Shown here: positions 1 to 13,100 of the stretch, piece by piece | Position numbering within the stretch: the first letter of the stretch is position 1 | How the letters are laid out: the number at the start of each line of letters is the position of its first letter | Assembly: GCA_019828565.1 (NCBI GenBank) | Contig: JAHDYR010000053.1 | Span: 1,145,044-1,209,043 of the forward strand | Reading direction: 5' to 3' | From: Carpediemonas membranifera BICM | Lineage: Eukaryota; Protista; Fornicata | Length of the DNA stretch: 64,000 nucleotides | The notes under the pieces: generated by a model | What the model was told of the DNA's origin: nothing | What the model saw: the letters and a program-made list of their open reading frames with translations, nothing else | The model's database searches: none | Program-made: the position numbers and the translations under genes

Positions 1-2468
1 CGCACAGACGAGGAGACACGCAACGTAGCCAACGCTGTCCAGATCATCCGGGAGGCAAGGCCGCTCCTCACCGCATCCGAGCTGGTCTGCCTCGAGATCG
101 GGTGTTGCTATCGTCCGGGGTGACTCCAAGGACCAATGCGAAGAGCTCCTGTCGCGGTTGAACTCTCTTGTAGCCAATGACCCGACGATGGACATAAGTT
201 TGAAGCGACACTCGGCTTTGACGAAATTGCACGTCAACAAGGACACCAGTGCTCAAGGAGCTCAATAAGAACAGTCACATCACGCCAGAGCAAGCAGACG
301 CGTACGTCGAGGCCATGCTTCTCGATCCGGACCCTCAACCCCGAATCCACCCAAACTTTATGCTTTATTCGCACAACCTCTGATGGCGGCTCGTGATGTC
401 CTGGACGCCCAACATCGCCCCCCTCGCGGAGTTTGTGCTCACGGTCGTCAAGTTCAGCATGACCCGCACCCCGAGGGCGCATATTTGCCTATCCAGCGGC
501 CCTCTCGCCCAGTCCAACCGCGAGAAGCTTGTCGCTGCCCAGTCGCCCGAGCTCTTCTTGATTGTCAAGGAGACCGTCACTGGCTTCGGGGGCTGAGTGC
601 TGGGCCTCGACTCAGACATGGCCGGGATCCGCCAGCTCCTCAACACCCTCCGGGACGAGGACACCAGCCCAGAGACCATGGCCCGCGTGTGGTCCGTGGT
701 CGCCATACTCAGGGCCAGGCCGCCCGTCCTCCCGCCCTGCCCGACCTAGAGGCGCTGGCGATGGACTCCCTGGCCCACCACAGGCTGACGGACCCCGACT
801 ACACACTGACTGCGGACCCCGTAGACGTCGCCTATCTCGCTGATGTGGCGGGCAGCGTGTATCTATCCATCGCCCAGCTCCTCCACGCCGACCCCAGCCC
901 AGCCCTGGCCCAGTTCGCCGTCAGTCGGCTGCCCACGGCATTCCTCGGCCTCAGTGAGACGAGCGGCAGCACCACCCTCGCATACGGCACATACGCCCTG
1001 CTCAGCATGCTCGTGGCCCAGGACGCCGTGCCGCTGGCTTACCTGCTCACTACCATTGAGGCCGTCCTCTACTGCCTCGGCGTCGGTCTCCACACCTCTC
1101 TGGCCGAGGTCCTGCCGACGATCTCCCAGGGCTTGAAGCGCGTGCTGGCCAACTCCACCGACGCCTTCGCCCTGTTCCCCGTGACGGCAGTGTTCAACTC
1201 CCTGACGGCGTACTTCTCCTTGGTCACGTCACTACCGCACGCCCCGGTCAGTGTCGTCCTCGGCGGACTCATTGGCTTCCTGCACAACGCCTTTGGATCC
1301 GCCCGCGCCGTTGCCCCGCTCCCCAACCTCTCCGTCGACCTCACAGCCCTCGTTGACCAAGCCCTCATCCCCAACGGCATGCCCGGGGTCTCCCCTGTCA
1401 TCGCAGCCCTCGTGCAGCTCTCCAAGGGTCCCGCCGGGCAGTGCCTGCTCGCTGCTGAGGCCATCACCCTCCTCATCCAGGCGGCTGGCACTCGGGCGGT
1501 TGCCGTGACCATCGCCGACGCCCTTCCCGTCCTCGTCGGGCGATCTCGCGGTCATGACGCACGGGTCAGCCGAGGGTGCGGCCGACGCCCAGGCCGTGCT
1601 CGACATGCTCCACGTGCTGCAGACGATCATTGCATTCTCGGACCCCGACCTTGCCGTTGATTTAATCAAAAGCTCGATGATTGTTGAGAAAATCTTCAGA
1701 TCGCCAAGACCTGGAGCCCCATCCCTCTTCTACAAGCTCCTTGGCGCTCTGCCCGTGGGTGCCCCGTCTGGCACCCTCGCACACGCCGCGACACCCGCGG
1801 ACTTCTACTACATCGCCCTGACGCGGGCCGCCCAGCTTCTCTCGGCCATCGTCGCCCACCTTCGCTCCCCTGCCGAGCTCGCGGGTATGCTTGAGGCCTG
1901 CACCGCGATGATCACCCACCTTGCATGGGCCGACCTCCACTCGGGCTGCGACACCATCGCCGTACAGCTCTCGACGGCTATGATGACCATCGCTTACTAC
2001 TCTGTCGGCCACGCCAAGGCCGGGAACATCAGAGCCGCTGTCGTGAGCCAGTACCCTGCCGTCATAGCCCATTGCCTCGCCGCGTTGCCCGGCCAAGAGA
2101 ACCCGGCGCCCATGGTCAACCTCGTCGCGAAGTCCGTCCGCGCACTTTATGCCTCTGTCGAATGGAACGTTACAGAGGCGCAGGTTCAGAAGCCTATGCC
2201 GCCCGTCGTCATCGAGGCGACTAAGAACGTCCTTGCGCACTTTACAGTCGGTATTGACACGGAGCAGTTCACGCATGCGTGGGTCGACGTCATTGAGGCG
2301 GCGCTTATGGTTCTCTTCCTCTCCGGCGACGACTTCAAGGGCATGACCACCGTTGTGGGCCGGCTAACTGCCTGGTACGGCTCTGTGTGCTCAATGGACA
2401 AGGCCGCCTCTAAGTCGAGGCCGATGACTGTGCTGCACACGGTGCTGAATAGGGTCACGTCGGGATGA
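1..2468 (+). pseudogene. Large alpha-helical (HEAT/ARM-like) host gene, frameshifted; product unassigned
   Basis: Overlapping + ORFs (393-596, 3' part of 383-1660, 1554-2468) give Leu/Ala/Val-rich amphipathic helical sequence with GC3-biased codons. Several frame changes; no diagnostic motif recognised. Confidence 0.45.
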
Positions 2469-3019
2469 GGCCGGGTCAATAGATTAAACGGATGGCTTCT
2501 GCTGCTGGATTACAAAGACTTGAGGTCCACGGCGTCCTGGACGAAGCGCTGCGCCAGTCTGACAATGAACTTGGCGCAGCACTTCGTCGGCACATGGTGT
2601 TTCTCGGACCGCAGCCTCGCTAGCAGTATTGAGATCTCGGCAAGGTCTCGTTTGTCGAGCACCCTCCGCTGTCGCTGATCCCGAAGCCCTCCACAGGACC
2701 ACGCGGATCGCCCACATCGCCATGGTACCCGCACACACGACACCAGCAGCACTTGCCACACTAGAGCTGGCGTCCATCATTCGTAAGGTGCGGTCGAATC
2801 CGATGGTCCATGACGATCTCCACTGGGCATTAATGACGCGATACGCAACGTTGATGGCGGAGCGGGCTAGAGCAGGGATGTCTACTAATTTAAGCGTGAT
2901 TAAGTCCGGCTTCGGGTGGAGAAGCGGACACGAAATGACCGCATCGAGGCGCTCAATGGGGCCAACAAGGCCCTGGTCGAGCAGAAGAAGGGGCTCCAGG
3001 AGCGTCTGGGGGGTTCCGA

Positions 3020-5760
3020 GAGGGCCCGCGTCCATGTCGGCCGTAAGCTGCCCGAGCTGCGGCTGGCGTGGAGCCTGGCCGGGGGATGGGATCGCCGCCC
3101 TCCTGGAGGTCGGCAACGCCGGTTAGGGCTTCAGGCTTGGCGATCCAGGCCCTTATGTCGCTCGCGACGTTAGCATCAGCGTTTGGGCCGATGTTGGCAC
3201 CGAGGAGCTTGTGGTCCTGGATGGTATTCTCGGTGACAGACACGTCATCGAGGTAGGCCTTGAGGCAATCGGCGTGCATGACCAGCTCCGGAGAGTTGAG
3301 GCGTACCGCATGGCCAGGCTGAAGAGCGCTGGGCCAAGTGGGTCGCCTTGCTGGGTACATTCGACAGATCTGAGGGGCGGTAGGTCACCGACGGGGGAGA
3401 GGTGGGCTGGGTCGGCGTACATTGTTGTGCAGTACCCCAGAAGGGCAGGGCACAAACTCTCGATGGCCGCTGCGATGAGCGGGCGCGAAACCGTGTTGAA
3501 GGCGTTGGAGAAGTCGAACGCAACTACGAACTCCTCATCGTACTGGTCACGCGCCCAGGCCGCGATTTGCTCGCAGCCGGATTTCTCCCCCAGACCGAAC
3601 TGGTTGGGGAGGGCTTCGCTAAGGTGGGGGCCAACCTGTCTCATTGCAATGACTCCTGCGATGCGACGAATGGTCTCGCCAATCGCGATGGGGCGGCCCT
3701 TGCCTGGCTGGCCTGGCTTCCCAATAGGGAGCAGTATACACTCCGCGAGGAAGGAGAGGTGTCTCTGACCAGCGAGGATGTCATTATCAGCGGGACCATC
3801 CGTTTCGACAGCTCGTTGTTGGAGGCGACCATCTGGTGGAGCGGGGTGAAGTCCATCACAGAGGGTCCTGGGCATGACTACTCGCGGTTGGCGGCCATGA
3901 TCGCTCGGTGCACGTCGGCACCGGTGGCCACTATCGAGGCGGTAGGGGTGACCCCGTTTGGGGGCGTCAAGTCTGCAAGGTCGGCGGGGCAGTCAGCTGC
4001 TGTGAGCGGGTGAAGCCGGCTGAGCTCAGCATGTACCACGTCCGAGTCAGGCAGGTCCCCAGACTGGCTGAGGCTGCGGTATGCCTTCCCGGTGCGGTCG
4101 AGTTCGTCGCACATGCGGATGGCGCGCTGCTGCTGGCTTTCGTCGGAGAAGGGACCGGACGAGAGGGGAGGCTGTCCACCATCGACGACCGTTTGCACGG
4201 CCGACCGGATGGCCCTGTTCCTGCTTCTGCGGTTTCGTCGGGAGGTCCCGCCGCGGGAGACGTAGGCTTTCAACCTCCCCAGCTGGACAAACTGGCGGAT
4301 CTGCGCCAGGGCTCTATCTTGGGCCTCCGTCGGTGTGTCCGTCCTCCGTGCGTTGTACTGCCCGAGGAGGTGAGTCCCGCTGGCGTTACCTTCCTGACAG
4401 CAGAGTTGGTCATACGCTTGGAGGCGAGGCGGAGAGCCAATTCGGGTCTCCGTTGGGGGCGGGTGTCTCCGCTTGGGCGGTAGACGTACTGGTGGCCGCT
4501 TCGCGGGCTGGGCGGCGCTCTGGATGTGCCGCCGACTCGATGAGTCTGGCCATCTCAGCCGCCTGCCTGGCCCGAGTGAGGCCGGCCTGGTCTTTGACAG
4601 CGGTCGAGATGTCCTCAGACATTCGGCCGAGTGCGGTCGCGGTGTTTCGGTACGCGGCTTGCAGTGGCCTTTGTGAGCGTGACGTGCTCGATCACAAGGT
4701 CGTGCCGTCGTCGGTACGGGGCGTCGCTGCCGAGGCAGGCAATAACCCCTGGCGTAGCCCAGGTAGGCAGCACGCCGTCGAAGGCCACTGTCAGCGCATC
4801 GGTGACCATGTTCCTGGCCGGGGTGGGTGCCAGATCCTCGTCGATATCTTGATCACTCCCATCCGAGTCTACCGTGCTGGTGCCAGAGGCAGAGAAGAAG
4901 TGCCTGCCAAGAGCCCTCAGTATCTCGGCCTTGGTGGTTCTGGTCGAAGGTCTTGCTGCGCGGGGTAGTTCCCTAAGGAGGGACTTGAGGCTGGGCACAC
5001 TTGCCTGCGTTCTTGTTCGTTGTTCGTTGGGGATGAGTTCGGCCCAAGCCACGCTGCTACCAGATACTAGCGCGGGTATGAGCCTGTCTGGTATGCCTGG
5101 CAGGTGCTGCCGGATGAGGGCCCGGGCGTCCGGTGAGAGTGGGGCCGCCGGTGCTACATCCAATTCAATGGCCGATGGCAGATGTGCCATCCTCGCTCTC
5201 GACCAGGATGTATTCCAGGTGGGCGGTGGTGACCTCGCCTGTGATGGTGACCTTCGTCCAGGTGGTGGGTGTCTTGGCGAGCAGGGGAGAGACAATAAAG
5301 GCTGCACCGGTCCTGATGAGCCTGGAGAGGATGTGGCGGCTGTCGCACGGGAGTCCTTCCATGATAGCTTGGCGGATGCCCGTGCCGTCATCGGGGAGGC
5401 CGCGGGCTGTTTCTGCCCGGATCGACTCCGCTGTCTGGAGGTCGTATCCCTTGGCCGGCCTGAAGAAGCCAGCAGCAGATGCGCGGCGTATGGCGAGTTG
5501 GTGGGCTGGAGGGGCGTTGGAGTTGGCCAAGAAAGCATTTGCAAGTGCAATGTTCGACTCCCCCTCCAGCCCGCCCCTCAGGATGATGCTGCGGCATTGT
5601 CTCGCGTACCCTCTGAAAGATTCGGCGTCGGCCGCGGTTGTGGCGAGGAAGCGAGGTGAGTTCCTCCATGGCGTGGGAGATATACGTGGTGACGGTATCA
5701 TCCAGGGCATCGGCTATTGCGGCCAGCTGGTTGCGGAATATCGAGGGCCGCTCGTGGGGC
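3020..5760 (-). mobile_element. Truncated non-LTR retrotransposon, CRE/SLACS-like RT
   Basis: RT motifs at 3150-3875 preceded by frameshifted minus-strand ORFs (3878-4273, 4410-4622, 4615-5550, 5165-5710). The 3' part after the RT is missing, no TSD found, and boundaries are approximate. Confidence 0.7.
3150..3875 (-). pseudogene. Reverse transcriptase domain (CRE-like), frameshifted
   Basis: RPIAIGETIRR, NQFGLGEKSGCEQI, FDFSNAFN, QQGDPLGPALF, then YLDD and KLLGANIG in the adjacent frame. Confidence 0.9.
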
Positions 5761-5799
5761 TTTTTGGGGGTTTTCTCTGTGCGGTAGACGCGCGTCGAT

Positions 5800-6240
5800 C
5801 AAACTAGGGTTTGCCCTGGCTGGACTGGTCTGCTTGGGCTGAGCGTGGGGGATCTTAGCTGGCTGCCCGGGTTGAGCCGCGGGCTGACCTTCGCTGGTTG
5901 GGTCTGCGTCTGGGCTTGGTCGCGGCCGGACTGTTTGGCGTCCTGATGGGGCCGCGACTGGGACGAGGGCTGCACTTGATCACGGGCGGGCTGGGGCGGG
6001 CCGCGGGGTGCACTCGGCTGGACTGTTTCGCTCCTCTTTTTAGAGTTTCGGACGTAGTCCAGTCTGCCGCTCGGAAGTGGAGTTCTTCTTGTTCCAAGGC
6101 TATCTCCATCGCCTTCTTGAGGACGTCTGCTGTGACGCGCTTGGTCGAATTGACGGCTAGTGCTACTCCAGGTCCAGGGCTACGTTCCCGGCGGATGCTA
6201 TCTTGGCCTTCTTGAGGCAGGTGACATAGGCCTGCACCTG
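5800..6240 (-). pseudogene. gag fragment of LTR family E
   Basis: KRVTADVLKKAMEIALEQEELHF matches KRKTDEVLSKAMSIALEQEELHY in the 25440-26189 fragment; followed by a Q/P-rich tail. Confidence 0.65.
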
Positions 6241-6249
6241 GAGATAGCA

Positions 6250-6730
6250 TTAATGGTGGATCTTCATCACACCGTATTGGGCGGCTTCAAGTGCCCATCG
6301 AATGACTTTTGGGTTCGTTGCCTCGGTCATGTATATGAGATTGGCGTGATCGGTGTGAAGGTGGATTCCACAGCCCGTGATCATCTCGGCGAAGCGGTGG
6401 GGGTTGGCAACCAGGCCATAGCACTCCTTCTCAGTCGTGTTCCAGTTGAGTTGGTAAAACCGGAAGTCAAATCGAACGTGGCGAACACCTCCGCGCTTCT
6501 GACGCGGCCGAAAGGATCCTCGGGCGTCGGGAGGACCGCGGTCACCGGTATCGTCGCGGCGTTCAGATATCGGTAGTCTAGGACCGGCGGAAGGTGGCCG
6601 TGGCGTTGGGGATGAGGTTGAGCGGCGTGAGCCACTCGAGGTCCCCAGCCGGGTCGATGACCCCAAGCTCGCACAGTTCATCGACGATCGAAGCGGCGGC
6701 GTCAGCTTTGGCCTTGTTCATCGAGCGAGT
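6250..6730 (-). pseudogene. Internally deleted Gypsy pol remnant (RT N-terminus fused to RNase H C-terminus)
   Basis: DYRYLN...FATFDLTSGF joined directly to WNTTEKECYG...HTDHANLIYM...KVIRWAL. Confidence 0.8.
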
Positions 6731-7618
6731 CGGTGCGCGATAGGGTGTTGCTTCCTTGGGAGCAGCTCGATCGACATCTCGCCGAGCAGAACGCCCCGTC
6801 TGTCAAGTGGGTCGTAAAAAAAGACGTTGACATGTTGCTCTACGAGACGCTTGAAGGCGTCGGGGTAGATGTCTGCTACCTGTACCTTACCTTACCTTAC
6901 CTTGGAGGCAGACACGGTCGGGGAGAGGCTGACCGTTCGGTCGCAGGTCGATATTGAGTCGCTCCAGGAGTCCGCGGGAAGCCAGTGCGTCGAACGCAAT
7001 GTTGTCGGTGAACAAGAGCTTTGTCTCGAGCGCGACTTCGTGGTACAGGGGTCCGCCGTGAAGCCTGGTGGGGTCCTCGGGCGTGCATGTGTACGTGGCG
7101 ACTGCTTCTCCTACGCCGATACCATGCAAGGGCGGGGTCACACGGCGAGCTGTGGGGAAGGCGCGCAGATGGCGAGTGTGTACGAGGATGTCGTTGCGCA
7201 GATTGAAGGTGCCAAGTCCTCCAACCCTGAGTTGGCAGAACCAGCGTTTCCTAGATCGTTAGTGCCTGGGTAGCCCTAACGATTAAGCCAATCTCCCGGT
7301 GATACCGTCCCAACTCATTGTGCTGGGTCGGGTCCATTTTTCGAAGATGGTCGCCCCTTGAAATCATGAGTTGGGCAGTGCTCATGAAAGCACTTATAGC
7401 GTGTGGCAACGACGGTGTCCCAGTGCACTCTAGCTTTGACCATGTTCCGGTCGATGCAGAGCTTCGTCGGCGTGGTCTCGCTGAGCTCGTAGGCATCAAT
7501 GCTGTTGTTTAAACAAGCCTCCTCAGTGCCATGGACCACGTGCCGATCGTACTCAAGTGAAATGCGTGTTGCGCGCCATTTTTTTTTTGCAACGCCATTA
7601 TCCCGCCACTCAGTGGCA

Positions 7619-8587
7619 ATGGCCCAATTTGTCCAAGGCTCCTTTCGGTACAAAGAGCTCCCTGTAGTCGACTTTAAGCCTTCAGATTGCTCTTCTATGG
7701 CCGGTACTACTCAACAGGACACCCTCTTCGCGGAACAACTGCGCTGCTTCCTTCAGATGGACAGAACCACACGCCCATTGTCTCAAGACTACATTAATCT
7801 CCAATCTACGACGCTTTCCGACGAGGACCGCGATCGTGAGGTCGCTTGGCTCGCGGACTTCTGCGAGCAGAACCATCTGGCTGACAACCGCTGGCACATG
7901 GCCTTTGCCCGCGCCGTGGACATCATAGACCGCTATATCTCGAGCGCGTTTGTCCACGAGACGTCACTCCACCTTCTCACGATGGTTGCCTTCTTCATTT
8001 CATACAAGGTCGACGACGACCAAGGCCACGAGATCCTGACCTCCTCCTTACTGCCACTTCTCCCAAACTGCACCGGCAAGGAGATCCTCCACGGTGAGCT
8101 GGAGATCCTGGACCGTCTTGAGTGGAATGTGGACCGCCCCACACCCCAGCACTTCGTCCTCATGGCCCTGTTCCAGGCCAACCTCGGCGAGCAGGTCCTG
8201 GCTGAGGTTTATGATGCGGCCAATCGGTTTATCATGATTGCGCTGTCGTCGTCGAGTCTGGCCTGGGCGCAGTCCTCTGTGATCGGGACTGCCGCGCTCA
8301 TGTGTGCCCTGACATACCTGTTCAAGCTCAAGCGGTCATTCACCGCACGGTGTCCGCTCTCGTATGACCAATGGGTCGAGGTGATTTATAACACCCTCGG
8401 CAGTGTGATGAACCACGCTGAGATGGTGCAGGTCGACGATCTTGCGAGATTTATTATGATCGACTACTATGCATCCAAGGGAGTGAATGTGAAGGAGGAG
8501 GAGGAGAAGCAGACGCCGAACGACAGCGGCGACGTTGTGGAGAGGGAGAGAGACGCCCCTCCGACGCCGCAGGCACCCGCCCAGTGA
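7619..8587 (+). CDS. Cyclin (cyclin N- and C-box), intronless
   Basis: RDREVAWL...AVDIIDRYIS...LLTMVAFFISYKV...ELEILDRLEWNVDRPTPQHF...SSVIGTAAL. Start at ATG 7619 or 7697. Confidence 0.9.
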   Translation: MAQFVQGSFRYKELPVVDFKPSDCSSMAGTTQQDTLFAEQLRCFLQMDRTTRPLSQDYINLQSTTLSDEDRDREVAWLADFCEQNHLADNRWHMAFARAVDIIDRYISSAFVHETSLHLLTMVAFFISYKVDDDQGHEILTSSLLPLLPNCTGKEILHGELEILDRLEWNVDRPTPQHFVLMALFQANLGEQVLAEVYDAANRFIMIALSSSSLAWAQSSVIGTAALMCALTYLFKLKRSFTARCPLSYDQWVEVIYNTLGSVMNHAEMVQVDDLARFIMIDYYASKGVNVKEEEEKQTPNDSGDVVERERDAPPTPQAPAQ

Positions 8588-8630
8588 GCTGTGTATATTG
8601 CATAAAGTAGCGCTCTTCCATGACGGGGTT

Positions 8631-9970
8631 ATGGTGCAACGACTTGCATTGGTCGGGGGGAACATCGCGATGTTGGTTGCCCATCAGATCTCTCTCACGA
8701 AGGAGCGCGCCCAGAAGCTGCATGCGGACGCCGCTGCCACCAAGACCAAGATTATCGAGCTGGTGGGCAACCCCCAAGGATCTCAGGCTCGCGGACCTAC
8801 AGGCGCTGGAAGACGCTCTGATGGAGCGTGACTCGTGTCCTGGCATCACGGACCTGACGGAGGTGGACCCCTCGCGATACACGGAGAACAGGGTGCCCCT
8901 TGGCGTGCTAGAGAAGCAGTTCGCGGATGTCATAGTCAAGATGAAGCGGAAGAGGTCGGAAGTGGCAGGGAAGCGCGTCAAGAAGGAGACGGCAGAGAAG
9001 GAGACCAAGGCCGAGGACAAGCCGATCAAGCGGAAGGCAGCCAAAGCGATGACGAGGAAGGTCAAGTCACCAGCATATGACGACAGCGACGATGACTTGG
9101 CCACTCCTGTGCCCAAGCCGAGGGCCGCCAGTAAGAGGACGCGGAGGCCGCCCATCCCGGAGCCAGAGTCTGACAGCGCCGGGACCCCTGACTCTGCAGC
9201 GCAGTTCCCGTCGATCAAGCAACGCATCGCCAAGGCGACCCTGGAGCTCGACTCGAAGACGGAGGAGTACGCCACGCCAGTCCAGACCCGCCCCAGGGCA
9301 CTGAGGACCCGGGCATCTACTATGATGACAGCGATGACAGCAATGGCTATGATACTGGTGACTTCGACGAGGAGATGACCGGGCCCAAGACCAATGATTC
9401 CAGGACACCCGCCCTCCTAAGGTCGACGGCGTCTGTCTGACTTCAGTCAAGTCGGCCTCACAACACAACTCTCTCCTCAGTGTGATCGCGGAAGAGGCGC
9501 CGTCGAGGCGCAGTGTGTCACCCACGAACCGGATAAGACTCACCGTCGTCGCCCAGGTGCCCTTCGCGGTGACAACCTCGACTGGGATGCCACACAGAAG
9601 AGGAGGTCGGCGGCTGATCCTCTGCGGAATCGGCGGGCTCACTGCTCCGCATGTGCCCGAAATGTGGGAAGGTGTACCGCCCCCGAGGACACATTGCCTG
9701 GGTAGGCATATCCCGGACACGGCTGACCCATGCCCCGGTGAAGACCCGGGCCCTCACCCGCCCATAGCGTGGCGGGATGCTATCCGAGTTGCACGCTCAG
9801 ACAACCACACGCGCTCGGCCCGAGCGGTCCAGGATGGTTCCGAATCCCTGCCGGTCGCCCCGAGTACGCGGGAGCCAACGCCACCGGCGACCATCCCACC
9901 CACCCAGCAGAACCCCCTAGATCCCAGTGTGCAGCTGCGAGGGCCTGACCTGCTACCCGCCGTAGCCTAG
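8631..9970 (+). pseudogene. Unassigned frameshifted gene: helical N-terminus, Lys-rich and acidic low-complexity middle, possible C2H2 finger remnant
   Basis: ORFs 8535-8831, 8620-9378 and 9482-9970 can be stitched; CPKCGKVY encoded at about 9654-9680. Confidence 0.35.
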
Positions 9971-10064
9971 GCGTAGTAGCGGCGAAGTTCATCGGCAGAC
10001 AGCCCATTTCCAAGGCTGCGATGAGAGCATTCCTCACACAATGGTGCGCTTGTAATACGGCCTC

Positions 10065-10139
10065 TGTTGTTGGGAACGTTTATCCTTAAAATCTCCACTA
10101 AACTCTTGCGAGTCAAACCTGACAAAACCCTCAGCTACA
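10065..10139 (-). repeat. Gy-G 3' LTR (75 bp), contains the pol stop codon
   Basis: Direct repeat of 14064-14138; TAG of ORF 10135-12417 lies inside it. Confidence 0.9.
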
Positions 10140-13100
10140 TCCCGCTCTCCATGGCATGACTCGCTAAGTAGTCATCGAGCGCCTTGAGCTTCGCAACAAC
10201 CACATAGGGCTGCCAGTCCTCGCTGCCATCGGCCCATTCGACTAGGAACTCCTGCTCACCATTGTCCGTCACGTGCGTGTCCTTAATGCGCGACACCAGG
10301 ATCTCCATCATGTCTCGTCCGTTCATCGTCATCAGTTGCTCGCGCGTCCAACCGGTAGCGTCAAATTTGCGCACACGGTCGAAGTGGATGCGCGTCGTTA
10401 TGTCCTCATCCGGTCTACGTGCCGTGACTCCATAGTCATGCACCTGTACGACCTCATACGGTCCTTCCCATGTTGGCAGCAGCTTAGCTGCCCGTACACC
10501 CGGCAAGACCAGCACCCAGTCCCCGATCTCAACGCGTGGGTTGGTCCTGTCCGCCTGGCGTGCGCCCCTTCTCCTCAGGGTCTCGCGTTGCACCAGAACC
10601 GCGTCGTCGCGTGCTCGTCTCAAGTACTCCTCCTGCTCATCGCCTAGGTCCTGATCCTGGACCTCGATCGCCGTGGTCGGCTCTCGGCGTGGGAGTCCCG
10701 CGTGTGGCTCCGGCCCCATCAGGCCGTACACCAGCCGTGCCGCAGTCGTCCCCGTCGCCTCGGAGTACTCCGTGTTGAGCTGCCGCTGAACGAGGGGGAT
10801 GAACTTGTCCCACTGCTCAGCCTCGCCCCACTCCAGGACCATCGCCCGAAGTCTCTGCAGTATCCGTCTGTTCGCTCGCTCGCACCCACCGTTCGACGGT
10901 GGATGGTAGGGGAACGTCTTCGACTGTCCCGTCCCGAACCTCGCGACCAGAGCTGCGATCGTCTCGTTGATGAACTCACGCCCGTTGTCAGAGTGCAGGG
11001 TCGTCATCGGCCCATGGTTTCCGATCCAGCGCGTTATGGCGTCGGCCGCGGACGCGGCTGACTTGTCCACCGAGGGGTAGATCTCGACGTATCTCGTGAA
11101 TACGTCAATTACCGTGAATACATACTGAGCGCCGCTTTCGGCCTCTGGGGTGATCTTCAGCGTATCGATCGCGACTTTCTGGAACGGAGTCTCCACCATG
11201 TGAGTCCCCATCCTCAGTTGCAGTTGATCCACCGATGCGAGCTTCTGGCATGAGCAGTGGTCCACGAACGACTTCACGTCCTCCCACATGCCGCGCCACA
11301 CGTAGCCCTTCTCCTTCAGCGCCCTATACGTGCTGTACCGTCCCAGATGCTGTGCCATGCCCTTGTGTGCCCTGGTCACCGCCTCGCTCTTGCGCTCCTC
11401 GGTCATCTCGCCTGTAGCGAGCTGCCTGTCCCGGTCTCGCGCCTCCGCGGCGTCCTGCGTGAAGTCGGCCCTCTCCTCGGGGTCGTCGGCCTCGTCCGGG
11501 TCATCGTCCTCTTCCTCCGCGCTGGTGTCCTCCTCGCTATCCGCAATCTGCACGAAGTCGTCGTCTCCAAGCCTGTTGGGTCTGCGCGTGTGCCTCCTCG
11601 GCCTCGTCGCTGCCGCCTTCGCCTCTGGGAGGTTCCTTGACAGCGTGTCTGCGACCACGTTCGACTCACCCGGGAGGTGAATCACGTGGAAGTCGAACTC
11701 CTGCAATGCCAGTCTCCAGCGCAGCACCTTGGCCGACGCTGTCTTCTGCTCCATGCACGTGAGATTCTTATGGTCCGTCTCGATGGTGAACGTGTATCCC
11801 TGCAGATACATACGCCACTTCCGGATACACTCGACGATGGCGAATGCCTCCTTCTCACCGGTGGTCCACCGCTTCTCCGCCCCGTGGAACGCACGACTGT
11901 ACACCGCGACGACGGCCTCTTGACCGTCCTGAGTCCGGTTGCATAGCATACCCCCGAGCCCGACGTCCGATGCGTCAGTCCGGAGGATCAGGTCCTCGTT
12001 ATAGTCGATGTGGTTGAGCTTGATGTGGGCTTTGACCCCGCGCTGCACGTTCACGAACGCTTCCTCAAGCTCGGGCGACCATTTCACCTTCGCCTGCGTC
12101 AGTGTGTCATTCAGCGGTGCCAGATGCTCCCCCAGCTTCGGACAGAACCGTCGGAACCATCCCAACATCCCGATGAAGCGGCGCATCTCCTTCCTAGTCG
12201 TCGGGCGCGGCATGTCCATGATGGCCTGCACCCTGTCATCACCGAGTCTGATGCCGTCCTTGTCCACGATGTGGCCGAGAAACTCGACTGAGTCCCGGGC
12301 GAAGTCGCACTTCGCCGCGTTCAGCCTGAGGTTGTACTCTGCACACCGCTTCAGCACTGCCTCTAGCCGTGCCATCAACTCCTCGCGTGACCTTCCCATG
12401 ACCAGAACGTCGTCCATTTATATGATGACTCCTGATATTCCTTCAAAGACAGACTCCATGGCCTGCTGGAAAAATGAAGGCGCGTTCTTGAGCCCAAAGG
12501 GCAGTCTGTTGAACTCGTACAGACCCCCTGGCGTGACGAACGCCGTCTTGTGCCGGTCCTCTTCCACGACCAGCACCTGGTTGTAACCTGACTTGAGGTC
12601 GAGCGATGCGAAGCAGGTCGCCCCGCCCAGCTCCATTAGCACTCTCTGTACGTCGCGCACCGGCGCTGCAAGTGTCCGCGTGACTTCGTTAAGCCTACGG
12701 TAATCCACGCACAGCCTCCACGACCGGTCTTTCTTGCGTACCAGCACGATCGGCGACGCGAAGCTTGACTTTGACCGACGTATCACACCGGCCCTCAGCC
12801 ACTCCTCGACCTGTTTGTTGGCCACCTCCTCGAGCGCAGGTGCCAGCTGGCGCACCGGCTGCCTCCTGCCTTCTCATCGATGAGGGTGACGGGGTATGCC
12901 GGCAGCCTCGCCGGCGTCTCGTCTAGCGGGGCAAATACCCCGGTGAACCGATCTAAGAGTGCGGCGACGTCCGGTGCCGATCGTTCTCTCAGGTCGCTCC
13001 ACGCCGTGGCCTCCTCGGCCCGTATGAGGTCGTCGACCTCCTGGGCCGCCAGGTCATCCTGGGCCTCTCCTTCCTCCTCCTGGTCGGTCGGGCTCAGGCC

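Noticed and set aside
1554-2468. RRP12-like identity for the first host gene
   Set aside because: Only a vague helical resemblance; not supportable without a profile search.
6877-6903. (TACCT)n short repeat as telomeric or CRISPR-like
   Set aside because: About five units with no spacers; a simple slippage repeat. No CRISPR array, tRNA or rRNA gene was recognised anywhere in the window.
12415-12423. TAA at the Tyr position of YMDD, suggesting stop-codon reassignment
   Set aside because: TAA ends the Gy-A, Gy-B and Gy-D pol ORFs at the expected places and long ORFs lack internal TAA; a single nonsense mutation or base error is simpler.
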